NCBI RefSeq assembly: GCF_009914755.1
Contig: NC_060943.1
Reading direction: 5' to 3' (one strand)
Source of the DNA: the human T2T-CHM13v2.0 reference genome, Homo sapiens
Length of the DNA stretch: 64,000 nt
Under the pieces are notes generated by a model. It did no database searches and was not told the origin of the DNA. It saw only the letters and a list, made by a program, of their open reading frames with translations. Of the stretch, positions 1 through 14,200 are shown piece after piece. Every line of letters begins with the position of its first letter. The first letter of the stretch is position 1. Both the position numbers and the translations under genes were made by a program.

Positions 1-167
1 GGTAGAATAGGAAATATCTTCCTATAGAAACTAGACAGAATGATTCTCAGAAACTTCTTTGTGATGTGTGCGTTCAACTCACAGAGTTTAACCTTTCTTT
101 TCATAGAGCAGTTAGGAAACACTCTGTTTGTAAAGTCTGCAAGTGGATATTCAGACCTCCTTGAGGC

Positions 168-184
168 CTTCGTTGGAAGCGGGA
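168..184 (+). promoter_or_regulatory. CENP-B box (first of ~188, one per 340-bp dimer; last at 63735-63751)
   Basis: cttcgttggaagcggga matches the 17-bp CENP-B box with all nine essential bases (nTTCGnnnnAnnCGGGn). Other dimers carry cttcgttggaaacggga or tttcgttggaaacggga. Confidence 0.97.
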
Positions 185-209
185 TTTCTTCATGTTCTGC
201 TAGACAGAA

Positions 210-549
210 GAATTCTCAGAAACTTCCTTGTGTTGTGTGTTTTCAACTCACAGAGTTGAACGATCCTTTACACAGAGCAGACTTGAAACACTCCTTTTGT
301 GGAATTTGCAAGTGGAGATTTCAGCCGCTTTGAGGTCAATGGTAGAATAGGAAATATCTTCCTATAGAAACTAGACAGAATGATTCTCAGAAACTCCTTT
401 GTGATGTGTGCGTTCAACTCACAGAGTTCAACCTTTCTTTTCATAGAGCAGTTGGGAAACACTCTGTTTGTAAAGTCTGCAAGTGGATATTCAGACTTCT
501 TTGAGGCCTTCGTTGGAAGCGGGATTTCTTCATATTCTGCTAGACAGAA
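210..549 (+). repeat. Representative 340-bp EcoRI dimer unit
   Basis: GAATTC at 210-215 and 550-555 delimits the classic 340-bp EcoRI alphoid fragment. Confidence 0.95.
337..353 (+). promoter_or_regulatory. pJalpha / A-type box in the alternate monomer (one per dimer)
   Basis: caatggtagaataggaa sits at the position equivalent to the CENP-B box, 169 bp after one box and 171 bp before the next. It resembles the pJalpha-type motif (CTAYGGTGRAAAAGGAA) of A-type alphoid monomers. Confidence 0.75.
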
Positions 550-3500
550 GAATTCTCAGAAACTTCCTTGTGTTGTGTGTTTTCAACTCACAGAGTTGAA
601 CGATCCTTTACACAGAGCAGACTGGAAACACTCCTTTTGTGGAATTTGCAAGTGGAGATTTCAGCCGCTTTGAGGTCAATGGTAGAATAGGAAATATCTT
701 CCTATAGAAAGTAGACAGAATGATTCTCAGAAACTCCTTTGTGATGTGTGCGTTCAACTCACAGAGTTTAACCTTTCTTTTCATAGAGCAGTTAGGAAAC
801 ACTCTGTTTGTAAAGTCTGCAAGTGGATATTCAGACCTCCTTGAGGCCTTCGTTGGAAACGGGATTTCTTCATATTATGCTAGACAGAAGAATTCTCAGT
901 AACTTCCTTGTGTTGTGTGTATTCAACTCACAGAGTTGAACGATCCTTTACACAGAGCAGACTTGAAACACTCTTTTTGTGGAATTTGCAAGTGGAGATT
1001 TCAGCCGCTTTGAGTTCAATGGTAGAATAGGAAATATCTTCCTATAGAAACTAGACAGAATGATTCTCAGAAACTCCTTTGTGATGTGTGCGTTCAACTC
1101 ACAGAGTTTAACCTTTCTTTTCATAGAGCAGTTAGGAAACACTCTGTTTGTAAAGTCTGCAAGTGGATATTCAGACATCCTTGAGGCTTTCGTTGGAAAC
1201 GGGATTTCTTCATATTCTGCTAGAAAGAAGAATTCTCAGTAACTTCCTTGTGTTGTGTGTATTCAACTCACAGAGTTGAACGATCCTTTACACAGAGCAG
1301 ACTTGAAACACTCCTTTTGTGGAATTTGCAAGTGGAGATTTCAGCCGCTTTGAGGTCAATGGTAGAATAGGAAATATCTTCCTATAGAAACTAGACAGAA
1401 TGATTCTCAGAAACTCCTTTGTGATGTGTGCGTTCAACTCACACAGTTTAACCTTTCTTTTCATAGAGCAGTTAGGAAACACTCTGTTTGTAAAGTCTGC
1501 AAGTGGATATTCAGACCTCCTTGAGGCCTTCGTTGGAAACGGGATTTCTTCATATTATGCTAGACAGAAGAATTCTCAGTAACTTCCTTGTGTTGTGTGT
1601 ATTCAACTCACAGAGTTGAACGATCCTTTACACAGAGCAGACTTGAAACACTCTTTTTGTGGAATTTGCAAGTGGAGATTTCAGCCGCTTTGAGTTCAAT
1701 GGTAGAATAGGAAATATCTTCCTATAGAAACTAGACAGAATGATTCTCAGAAACTCCTTTGTGATGTGTGCGTTCAACTCACAGAGTTCAACCTTTCTTT
1801 TCATAGAGCAGTTGGGAAACACTCTGTTTGTAAAGTCTGCAAGTGGATATTCAGACTTCTTTGAGGCCTTCGTTGGAAGCGGGATTTCTTCATATTCTGC
1901 TAGACAGAAGAATTCTCAGAAACTTCCTTGTGTTGTGTATTTTCAACTCACAGAGTTGAACGATCCTTTACACAGAGCAGACTTGAAACACTCCTTTTGT
2001 GGAATTTGCAAGTGGAGATTTCAGCCGCTTTGAGGTCAATGGTAGAATAGGAAATATCTTCCTATAGAAAGTAGACAGAATGATTCTCAGAAACTCCTTT
2101 GTGATGTGTGCGTTCAACTCACAGAGTTTAACCTTTCTTTTCATAGAGCAGTTAGGAAACACTCTGTTTGTAAAGTCTGCAAGTGGATATTCAGACCTCC
2201 TTGAGGCCTTCGTTGGAAACGGGATTTCTTCATATTATGCTAGACAGAAGAATTCTCAGTAACTTCCTTGTGTTGTGTGTATTCAACTCACAGAGTTGAA
2301 CGATCCTTTACACAGAGCAGACTTGAAACACTCTTTTTGTGGAATTTGCAAGTGGAGATTTCAGCCGCTTTGAGTTCAATGGTAGAATAGGAAATATCTT
2401 CCTATAGAAACTAGACAGAATGATTCTCAGAAACTCCTTTGTGATGTGTGCGTTCAACTCACAGAGTTCAACCTTTCTTTTCATAGAGCAGTTGGGAAAC
2501 ACTCTGTTTGTAAAGTCTGCAAGTGGATATTCAGACTTCTTTGAGGCCTTCGTTGGAAGCGGGATTTCTTCATATTCTGCTAGACAGAAGAATTCTCAGT
2601 AACTTCCTTGTGTTGTGTGTATTCAACTCACAGAGTTGAACGATCCTTTACACAGAGCAGACTTGAAACACTCTTTTTGTGGAATTTGCAAGTGGAGATT
2701 TCAGCCGCTTTGAGGTCAATGGTAGAATAGGAAATATCTTCCTATAGAAACTAGACAGAATGATTCTCAGAAACTCCTTTGTGATGTGTGCGTTCAACTC
2801 ACAGAGTTTAACCTTTCTTTTCATAGAGCAGTTAGGAAACACTCTGTTTGTAAAGTCTGCAAGTGGATATTCAGACATCCTTGAGGCTTTCGTTGGAAAC
2901 GGGATTTCTTCATATTCTGCTAGAAAGAAGAATTCTCAGTAACTTCCTTGTGTTGTGTGTATTCAACTCACAGAGTTGAACGATCCTTTACACAGAGCAG
3001 ACTTGAAACACTCCTTTTGTGGAATTTGCAAGTGGAGATTTCAGCCGCTTTGAGGTCAATGGTAGAATAGGAAATATCTTCCTATAGAAACTAGACAGAA
3101 TGATTCTCAGAAACTCCTTTGTGATGTGTGCGTTCAACTCACAGAGTTTAACCTTTCTTTTCATAGAGCAGTTGGGAAACACTCTGTTTGTAAAGTCTGC
3201 AAGTGGATATTCAGACATCCTTGAGGCTTTCGTTGGAAACGGGATTTCTTCATATTCTGCTAGAAAGAAGAATTCTCAGTAACTTCCTTGTGTTGTGTGT
3301 ATTCAACTCACAGAGTTGCACGATCCTTTACACAGAGCAGACTTGAAACACTCTTTTTGTGGAATTTGCAAGTGGAGATTTCAGCCGCTTTGAGGTCAAT
3401 GGTAGAATAGGAAATATCTTCCTATAGAAACTAGACAGAATGATTCTCAGAAACTTCTTTGTGATGTGTGCGTTCAACTCACAGAGTTTAACCTTTCTTT

Positions 3501-6500
3501 TCATAGAGCAGTTAGGAAACACTCTGTTTGTAAAGTCTGCAAGTGGATATTCAGACCTCCTTGAGGCCTTCGTTGGAAGCGGGATTTCTTCATGTTCTGC
3601 TAGACAGAAGAATTCTCAGAAACTTCCTTGTGTTGTGTGTTTTCAACTCACAGAGTTGAACGATCCTTTACACAGAGCAGACTTGAAACACTCCTTTTGT
3701 GGAATTTGCAAGTGGAGATTTCAGCCGCTTTGAGGTCAATGGTAGAATAGGAAATATCTTCCTATAGAAACTAGACAGAATGATTCTCAGAAACTCCTTT
3801 GTGATGTGTGCGTTCAACTCACAGAGTTCAACCTTTCTTTTCATAGAGCAGTTGGGAAACACTCTGTTTGTAAAGTCTGCAAGTGGATATTCAGACTTCT
3901 TTGAGGCCTTCGTTGGAAGCGGGATTTCTTCATATTCTGCTAGACAGAAGAATTCTCAGAAACTTCCTTGTGTTGTGTGTATTCAACTCACAGAGTTGAA
4001 CGATCCTTTACACAGAGCAGACTTGAAACACTCTTTTTGTGGAATTTGCAAGTGGAGATTTCAGCCGCTTTGAGGTCAATGGTAGAATAGGAAATATCTT
4101 CCTATAGAAACTAGACAGAATGATTCTCAGAAACTCCTTTGTGATGTGTGCGTCCAACTCACAGAGTTTAACCTTTCTTTTCATAGAGCAGTTAGGAAAC
4201 ACTCTGTTTGTAAAGTCTGCAAGTGGATATTCAGACATCCTTGAGGCTTTCGTTGGAAACGGGATTTCTTCATATTCTGCTAGAAAGAAGAATTCTCAGT
4301 AACTTCCTTGTGTTGTGTGTATTCAACTCACAGAGTTGAACGATCCTTTACACAGAGCAGACTTGAAACACTCTTTTTGTGGAATTTGCAAGTGGAGACT
4401 TCAGCCGCTGTGAGGTCAATGGTAGAAGAGGAAATATCTTCCTATAGAAACTAGACAGAATGATTCTCAGAAACTCCTTTGTGATGTGTGCGTTCAACTC
4501 ACAGAGTTTAACCTTTCTTTTCATAGAGCAGTTGGGAAACACTCTGTTTGTAAAGTCTGCAAGTGGATATTCAGACCTCCTTGAGGCCTTCGTTGGAAAC
4601 GGGATTTCTTCATATTATGCTAGACAGAAGAATTCTCAGTAACTTCCTTGTGTTGTGTGTATTCAACTCACAGAGTTGAACGATCCTTTACACAGAGCAG
4701 ACTTGAAACACTCTTTTTGTGGAATTTGCAAGTGGAGATTTCAGCCGCTTTGAGTTCAATGGTAGAATAGGAAATATCTTCCTATAGAAACTAGACAGAA
4801 TGATTCTCAGAAACTCCTTTGTGATGTGTGCGTTCAACTCACAGAGTTCAACCTTTCTTTTCATAGAGCAGTTGGGAAACACTCTGTTTGTAAAGTCTGC
4901 AAGTGGATATTCAGACTTCTTTGAGGCCTTCGTTGGAAGCGGGATTTCTTCATATTCTGCTAGACAGAAGAATTCTCAGAAACTTCCTTGTGTTGTGTGT
5001 TTTCAACTCACAGAGTTGAACGATCCTTTACACAGAGCAGACTTGAAACACTCCTTTTGTGGAATTTGCAAGTGGAGATTTCAGCCGCTTTGAGGTCAAT
5101 GGTAGAATAGGAAATATCTTCCTATAGAAAGTAGACAGAATGATTCTCAGAAACTCCTTTGTGATGTGTGCGTTCAACTCATAGAGTTTAACCTTTCTTT
5201 TCATAGAGCAGTTAGGAAACACTCTGTTTGTAAAGTCTGCAAGTGGATATTCAGACCTCCTTGAGGCCTTCGTTGGAAACGGGATTTCTTCATATTATGC
5301 TAGACAGAAGAATTCTCAGTAACTTCCTTGTGTTGTGTGTATTCAACTCACAGAGTTGAACGATCCTTTACACAGAGCAGACTTGAAACACTCTTTTTGT
5401 GGAATTTGCAAGTGGAGATTTCAGCCGCTTTGAGTTCAATGGTAGAATAGGAAATATCTTCCTATAGAAACTAGACAGAATGATTCTCAGAAACTCCTTT
5501 GTGATGTGTGCGTTCAACTCACAGAGTTCAACCTTTCTTTTCATAGAGCAGTTGGGAAACACTCTGTTTGTAAAGTCTGCAAGTGGATATTCAGACTTCT
5601 TTGAGGCCTTCGTTGGAAGCGGGATTTCTTCATATTCTGCTAGACAGAAGAATTCTCAGTAACTTCCTTGTGTTGTGTGTATTCAACTCACAGAGTTGAA
5701 CGATCCTTTACACAGAGCAGACTTGAAACACTCCTTTTGTGGAATTTGCAATTGGAGATTTCAGCCGCTTTGAGGTCAATGGTAGAATAGGAAATATCTT
5801 CCTATAGAAACTAGACAGAATGATTCTCAGAAACTCCTTTGTGATGTGTGCGTTCAACTCACATAGTTTAACCTCTCTTTTCATAGAGCAGTTGGGAAAC
5901 ACTCTGTTTGTAAAGTCTGCAAGTGGATATTCAGACATCCTTGAGGCTTTCGTTGGAAACGGGATTTCTTCATATTCTGCTAGAAAGAAGAATTCTCAGT
6001 AACTTCCTTGTGTTGTGTGTATTCAACTCACAGAGTTGCACGATCCTTTACACAGAGCAGACTTGAAACACTCTTTTTGTGGAATTTGCAAGTGGAGATT
6101 TCAGCCGCTTTGAGGTCAATGGTAGAATAGGAAATATCTTCCTATAGAAACTAGACAGAATGATTCTCAAAAACTCCTTTGTGATGTGTGCGTTCAACTC
6201 ACAGAGTTCAACCTTTCTTTTCATAGAGCAGTTGGGAAACACTCTGTTTGTAAAGTCTGCAAGTGGATATTCAGACTTCTTTGAGGCCTTCGTTGGAAGC
6301 GGGATTTCTTCATATTCTGCTAGACAGAAGAATTCTCAGTAACTGCCTTGTGTTGTGTGTATTCAACTCACAGAGTTGAACGATCCTATACACAGAGCAG
6401 ACTTGAAACACTCTTTTTGTGGAATTTGCAAGTGGAGATTTCAGCCGCTTTGAGGTCAATGGTAGAATAGGAAATATCTTCCTATAGAAACTAGACAGAA

Positions 6501-9500
6501 TGATTCTCAGAAACTCCTTTGTGATGTGTGCGTTCAACTCACAGAGTTTACCCTTTCTTTTCATAGAGCAGTTAGGAAACACTCTGTTTGTAAAGTCTGC
6601 AAGTGGATATTCAGACATCCTTGAGGCTTTCGTTGGAAACGGGATTTCTTTATATTCTGCCAGAAAGAAGAATTCTCAGTAACTTCCTTGTGTTGTGTGT
6701 ATTCACCTCACAGAGTTGAACGATCCTTTACACAGAGCAGACTTGAAACACTCTTTTTGTGGAATTTGCAAGTGGAGATTTCAGCCGCTTTGAGGTCAAT
6801 GGTAGAATAGGAAATATCTTCCTATAGACACTAGACAGAATGATTCTCAGAAACTCCTTTGTGATGTGTGCGTTCAACTCACAGAGTTTAACCTTTCTTT
6901 TCATAGAGCAGTTAGGAAACACTCTGTTTGTACAGTCTGCAAGTGGATATTCAGACATCCTTGAGGCTTTCGTTGGAAACGGGATTTCTTCATATTCTGC
7001 TAGAAAGAAGAATTCTCAGTAACTTCCTTGTGTTGTGTGTATTCAACTCACAGAGTTGAACGATCCTTTACACAGAGCAGACTTGAAACACTCTTTTTGT
7101 GGAATTTGCAAGTGGAGATTTCAGCCGCTGTGAGGTCAATGGTAGAATAGGACATATCTTCCTATAGAAACTAGACAGAATGATTCTCAGAAACTCCTTT
7201 GTGATGTGTGCGTTCAACTCACAGAGTTTAACCTTTCTTTTCATAGAGCAGTTGGGAAACACTCTGTTTGTAAAGTCTGCAAGTGGATATTCCGACATCC
7301 TTGAGGCTTTCGTTGGAAACGGGATTTCTTCATATTCTGCTAGAAAGAAGAATTCTCAGTAACTTGCTTGTGTTGTGTGTATTCAACTCACAGAGTTGAA
7401 CGATCCTTTACACAGAGCAGACTTGAAACACTCTTTTTGTGGAATTTGCAAGTGGAGATTTCAGCCGCTTTGAGGTCAATGGTAGAATAGGAAATATCTT
7501 CCTATAGAAACTAGACAGAATGATTCTCAGAAACTCCTTTGTGATGTGTGCGTTCAACTCACACAGTTTAACCTTTCTTTTCATAGAGCAGTTAGGAAAC
7601 ACTCTGTTTGTAATGTCTGCAAGTGGATATTCAGACCTCCTTGAGGCCTTCGTTGGAAACGGGATTTGTTCATATTATGCTAGACAGAAGAATTCTCAGT
7701 AACTTCCTTGTGTTGTGTGTATTCAACTCACAGAGTTGAACGATCCTTTACACAGAGCAGACTTGAAACACTCTTTTTGTGGAATTTGCAAGTGGAGATT
7801 TCAGCCGCTTTGAGTTCAATGGTAGAATAGGAAATATCTTCCTATAGAAACTAGACAGAATGATTCTCAGAAACTCCTTTGTGATGTGTGCGTTCAACTC
7901 ACAGAGTTCAACCTTTCTTTTCATAGAGCAGTTGGGAAACACTCTGTTTGTAAAGTCTGCAAGTGGATATTCAGACTTCTTTGAGGCCTTCGTTGGAAGC
8001 GGGATTTCTTCATATTCTGCTAGACAGAAGAATTCTCAGAAACTTCCTTGTGTTGTGTGTTTTCAACTCACAGAGTTGAACGATCCTTTACACAGAGCAG
8101 ACTGGAAACACTCCTTTTGTGGAATTTGCAAGTGGAGATTTCAGCCGCTTTGAGGTCAATGGTAGAATAGGAAATATCTTCCTATAGAAAGTAGACAGAA
8201 TGATTCTCAGAAACTCCTTTGTGATGTGTGCGTTCAACTCACAGAGTTTAACCTTTCTTTTCATAGAGCAGTTAGGAAACACTCTGTTTGTAAAGTCTGC
8301 AAGTGGATATTCAGACCTCCTTGAGGCCTTCGTTGGAAACGGGATTTCTTCATATTATGCTAGACAGAAGAATTCTCAGTAACTTCCTTGTGTTGTGTGT
8401 ATTCAACTCACAGAGTTGAACGATCCTTTACACAGAGCAGACTTGAAACACTCTTTTTGTGGAATTTGCAAGTGGAGATTTCAGCCGCTTTGAGTTCAAT
8501 GGTAGAATAGGAAATATCTTCCTATAGAAACTAGACAGAATGATTCTCAGAAACTCCTTTGTGATGTGTGCGTTCAACTCACAGAGTTCAACCTTTCTTT
8601 TCATAGAGCAGTTGGGAAACACTCTGTTTGTAAAGTCTGCAAGTGGATATTCAGACTTCTTTGAGGCCTTCGTTGGAAGCGGGATTTCTTCATATTCTGC
8701 TAGACAGAAGAATTCTCAGTAACTTCCTTGTGTTGTGTGTATTCAACTCACAGAGTTGAACGATCCTTTACACAGAGCAGACTTGAAACACTCTTTTTGT
8801 GGAATTTGCAAGTGGAGATTTCAGCCGCTTTGAGGTCAATGGTAGAATAGGAAATATCTTCCTATAGAAACTAGACAGAATGATTCTCAGAAACTCCTTT
8901 GTGATGTGTGCGTTCAACTCACAGAGTTTAACCTTTCTTTTCATAGAGCAGTTAGGAAACACTCTGTTTGTAAAGTCTGCAAGTGGATATTCAGACATCC
9001 TTGAGGCTTTCGTTGGAAACGGGATTTCTTCATATTCTGCTAGAAAGAAGAATTCTCAGTAACTTCCTTGTGTTGTGTGTATTCAACTCACAGAGTTGAA
9101 CGATCCTTTACACAGAGCAGACTTGAAACACTCCTTTTGTGGAATTTGCAAGTGGAGATTTCAGCCGCTTTGAGGTCAATGGTAGAATAGGAAATATCTT
9201 CCTATAGAAACTAGACAGAATGATTCTCAGAAACTCCTTTGTGATGTGTGCGTTCAACTCACAGAGTTTAACCTTTCTTTTCATAGAGCAGTTGGGAAAC
9301 ACTCTGTTTGTAAAGTCTGCAAGTGGATATTCAGACATCCTTGAGGCTTTCGTTGGAAACGGGATTTCTTCATATTCTGCTAGAAAGAAGAATTCTCAGT
9401 AACTTCCTTGTGTTGTGTGTATTCAACTCACAGAGTTGCACGATCCTTTACACAGAGCAGACTTGAAACACTCTTTTTGTGGAATTTGCAAGTGGAGATT

Positions 9501-11259
9501 TCAGCCGCTTTGAGGTCAATGGTAGAATAGGAAATATCTTCCTATAGAAACTAGACAGAATGATTCTCAGAAACTTCTTTGTGATGTGTGCGTTCAACTC
9601 ACAGAGTTTAACCTTTCTTTTCATAGAGCAGTTGGGAAACACTCTGTTTGTAAAGTCTGCAAGTGGATATTCAGACATCCTTGAGGCTTTCGTTGGAAAC
9701 GGGATTTCTTCATATTCTGCTAGAAAGAAGAATTCTCAGTAACTTCCTTGTGTTGTGTGTATTCAACTCACAGAGTTGAACGATCCTTTACACAGAGCAG
9801 ACTTGAAACACTCTTTTTGTGGAATTTGCAAGTGGAGATTTCAGCCGCTTTGCGGTCAATGGTAGAATAGGAAATATCTTCCTATAGAAACTAGACAGAA
9901 TGATTCTCAGAAACTCCTTTGTGATGTGTGCGTTCAACTCACACAGTTTAACCTTTCTTTTCATAGAGCAGTTAGGAAACACTCTGTTTGTAAAGTCTGC
10001 AAGTGGATATTCAGACCTCCTTGAGGCCTTCGTTGGAAACGGGATTTCTTCATATTATGCTAGACAGAAGAATTCTCAGTAACTTCCTTGTGTTGTGTGT
10101 ATTCAACTCACAGAGTTGAACGATCCTTTACACAGAGCAGACTTGAAACACTCTTTTTGTGGAATTTGCAAGTGGAGATTTCAGCCGCTTTGAGTTCAAT
10201 GGTAGAATAGGAAATATCTTCCTATAGAAACTAGACAGAATGATTCTCAGAAACTCCTTTGTGATGTGTGCGTTCAACTCACAGAGTTCAACCTTTCTTT
10301 TCATAGAGCAGTTGGGAAACACTCTGTTTGTAAAGTCTGCAAGTGGATATTCAGACTTCTTTGAGGCCTTCGTTGGAAGCGGGATTTCTTCATATTCTGC
10401 TAGACAGAAGAATTCTCAGAAACTTCCTTGTGTTGTGTGTTTTCAACTCACAGAGTTGAACGATCCTTTACACAGAGCAGACTTGAAACACTCCTTTTGT
10501 GGAATTTGCAAGTGGAGATTTCAGCCGCTTTGCGGTCAATGGTAGAATAGGAAATATCTTCCTATAGAAAGTAGACAGAATGATTCTCAGAAACTCCTTT
10601 GTGATGTGTGCGTTCAACTCACAGAGTTTAACCTTTCTTTTCATAGAGCAGTTAGGAAACACTCTGTTTGTAAAGTCTGCAAGTGGATATTCAGACCTCC
10701 TTGAGGCCTTCGTTGGAAACGGGATTTCTTCATATTCTGCTAGACAGAAGAATTCTCAGTAACTTCCTTGTGTTGTGTGTATTCAACTCACAGAGTTGAA
10801 CGATCCTTTACACAGAGCAGACTTGAAACACTCTTTTTGTGGAATTTGCAAGTGGAGATTTCAGCCGCTTTGAGGTCAATGGTAGAATAGGAAATATCTT
10901 CCTATAGAAACTAGACAGAATGATTCTCAGAAACTCCTTTGTGATGTGTGCGTTTAGCTCACAGAGTTTAACCTTTCTTTTCATAGAGCAGTTGGGAAAC
11001 ACTCTGTTTGTAAAGTCTGCAAGTGGATATTCAGACATCCTTGAGGCTTTCGTTGGAAACGGGATTTCTTCATATTCTGCTAGAAAGAAGAATTCTCAGT
11101 AACTTCCTTGTGTTGTGTGTATTCAACTCACAGAGTTGAACGATCCTTTACACAGAGCAGACTTGAAACACTCTTTTTGTGGAATTTGCAAGTGGAGATT
11201 TCAGCCGCTTTGAGGTCAATGGTAGAATAGGAAATATCTTCCTATAGAAACTAGACAGA

Positions 11260-14200
11260 ATGATTCTCAGAAACTCCTTTGTGATGTGTGCGTTCAACTC
11301 ACACAGTTTAACCTTTCTTTTCATAGAGCAGTTAGGAAACACTCTGTTTGTAAAGTCTGCAAGTGGATATTCAGACCTCCTTGAGGCCTTCGTTGGAAAC
11401 GGGATTTCTTCATATTATGCTAGACAGAAGAATTCTCAGTAACTTCCTTGTGTTGTGTGTATTCAACTCACAGAGTTGAACGATCCTTTACACAGAGCAG
11501 ACTTGAAACACTCTTTTTGTGGAATTTGCAAGTGGAGATTTCAGCCGCTTTGAGTTCAATGGTAGAATAGGAAATATCTTCCTATAGAAACTAGACAGAA
11601 TGATTCTCAGAAACTCCTTTGTGATGTGTGCGTTCAACTCACAGAGTTGAACCTTTCTTTTCATAGAGCAGTTGGGAAACACTCTGTTTGTAAAGTCTGC
11701 AAGTGGATATTCAGACTTCTTTGAGGCCTTCGTTGGAAGCGGGATTTCTTCATATTCTGCTAGACAGAAGAATTCTCAGAAACTTCCTTGTGTTGTGTGT
11801 TTTCAACTCACAGAGTTGAACGATCCTTTACACAGAGCAGACTTGAAACACTCCTTTTGTGGAATTTGCAAGTGGAGATTTCAGCCGCTTTGAGGTCAAT
11901 GGTAGAATAGGAAATATCTTCCTATAGAAAGTAGACAGAATGATTCTCAGAAACTCCTTTGTGATGTGTGCGTTCAACTCACAGAGTTTAACCTTTCTTT
12001 TCATAGAGCAGTTAGGAAACACTCTGTTTGTAAAGTCTGCAAGTGGATATTCAGACCTCCTTGAGGCCTTCGTTGGAAAAGGGATTTCTTCATATTCTGC
12101 TAGACAGAAGAATTCTCAGTAACTTCCTTGTGTTGTGTGTATTCAACTCACAGAGTTGAACGATCCTTTACACAGAGCAGACTTGAAACACTCTTTTTGT
12201 GGAATTTGCAAGTGGAGATTTCAGCCGCTTTGAGGTCAATGGTAGAATAGGAAATATCTTCCTATAGAAACTAGACAGAATGATTCTCAGAAACTCCTTT
12301 GTGATGTGTGCGTTCAACTCACAGAGTTTAACCTTTCTTTTCATAGAGCAGTTAGGAAACACTCTGTTTGTAAAGTCTGCAAGTGGATATTCAGACCTCC
12401 TTGAGGCCTTCGTTGGAAACGGGATTTCTTCATATTATGCTAGACAGAAGAATTCTCAGTAACTTCCTTGTGTTGTGTGTATTCAACTCACAGAGTTGAA
12501 CGATCCTTTACACAGAGCAGACTTGAAACACTCTTTTTGTGGAATTTGCAAGTGGAGATTTCAGCCGCTTTGAGTTCAATGGTAGAATAGGAAATATCTT
12601 CCTATAGAAACTAGACAGAATGATTCTCAGAAACTCCTTTGTGATGTGTGCGTTCAACTCACAGAGTTCAACCTTTCTTTTCATAGAGCAGTTGGGAAAC
12701 ACTCTGTTTGTAAAGTCTGCAAGTGGATATTCAGACTTCTTTGAGGCCTTCGTTGGAAGCGGGATTTCTTCATATTCTGCTAGACAGAAGAATTCTCAGT
12801 AACTTCCTTGTGTTGTGTGTATTCAACTCACAGAGTTGAACGATCCTTTACACAGAGCAGACTTGAAACACTCTTTTTGTGGAATTTGCAAGTGGAGATT
12901 TCAGCCGCTTTGAGGTCAATGGTAGAATAGGAAATATCTTCCTATAGAAAGTAGACAGAATGATTCTCAGAAACTCCTTTGTGATGTGTGCGTTCAACTC
13001 ACAGAGTTTAACCTTTCTTTTCATAGAGCAGTTAGGAAACACTCTGTTTGTAAAGTCTGCAAGTGGATATTCAGACCTCCTTGAGGCCTTCGTTGGAAAC
13101 GGGATTTCTTCATATTCTGCTAGACAGAAGAATTCTCAGTAACTTCCTTGTGTTGTGTGTATTCAACTCACAGAGTTGAACGATCCTTTACACAGAGCAG
13201 ACTTGAAACACTCTTTTTGTGGAATTTGCAAGTGGAGATTTCAGCCGCTTTGAGGTCAATGGTAGAATAGGAAATATCTTCCTATAGAAACTAGACAGAA
13301 TGATTCTCAGAAACTCCTTTGTGATGTGTGCGTTTAGCTCACAGAGTTTAACCTTTCTTTTCATAGAGCAGTTAGGAAACACTCTGTTTGTAAAGTCTGC
13401 AAGTGGATATTCAGACATCCTTGAGGCTTTCGTTGGAAACGGGATTTCTTCATATTCTGCCAGAAAGAAGAATTCTCAGTAACTTCCTTGTGTTGTGTGT
13501 ATTCAACTCACAGAGTTGAACGATCATTTACACAGAGCAGACTTGAAACACTCTTTTTGTGGAATTTGCAAGTGGAGATTTCAGCCGCTTTGAGTTCAAT
13601 GGTAGAATAGGAAATATCTTCCTATAGAAACTAGACAGAATGATTCTCAGAAACTCCTTTGTGATGTGTGCGTTCAACTCACAGAGTTCAACCTTTCTTT
13701 TCATAGAGCAGTTGGGAAACACTCTGTTTGTAAAGTCTGCAAGTGGATATTCAGACTTCTTTGAGGCCTTCGTTGGAAGCGGGATTTCTTCATATTCTCC
13801 TAGACAGAAGAATTCTCAGAAACTTCCTTGTGTTGTGTGTTTTCAACTCACAGAGTTGAACGATCCTTTACACAGAGCAGACTTGAAACACTCCTTTTGT
13901 GGAATTTGCAAGTGGAGATTTCAGCCGCTTTGAGGTCAATGGTAGAATAGGAAATATCTTCCTATAGAAAGTAGACAGAATGATTCTCAGAAACTCCTTT
14001 GTGATGTGTGCGTTCAACTCACAGAGTTTAACCTTTCTTTTCATAGAGCAGTTAGGAAACACTCTGTTTGTAAAGTCTGCAAGTGGATATTCAGACCTCC
14101 TTGAGGCCTTCGTTGGAAACGGGATTTCTTCATATTCTGCTAGACAGAAGAATTCTCAGTAACTTCCTTGTGTTGTGTGTATTCAACTCACAGAGTTGAA

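Larger units (their letters stand above)
40..3439 (+). repeat. 10-dimer (3400 bp) super-unit C-F-L-I-L-F-L-F-I-I, repeated at 17380-20779
   Basis: Both blocks have the same order of dimer haplotypes and share rare markers (gtgtat-tttc at 1939 and 19279; acacagttt at 1445 and 18785; gagttgcacg at 3319 and 20659). The offset is 17340. Confidence 0.85.
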
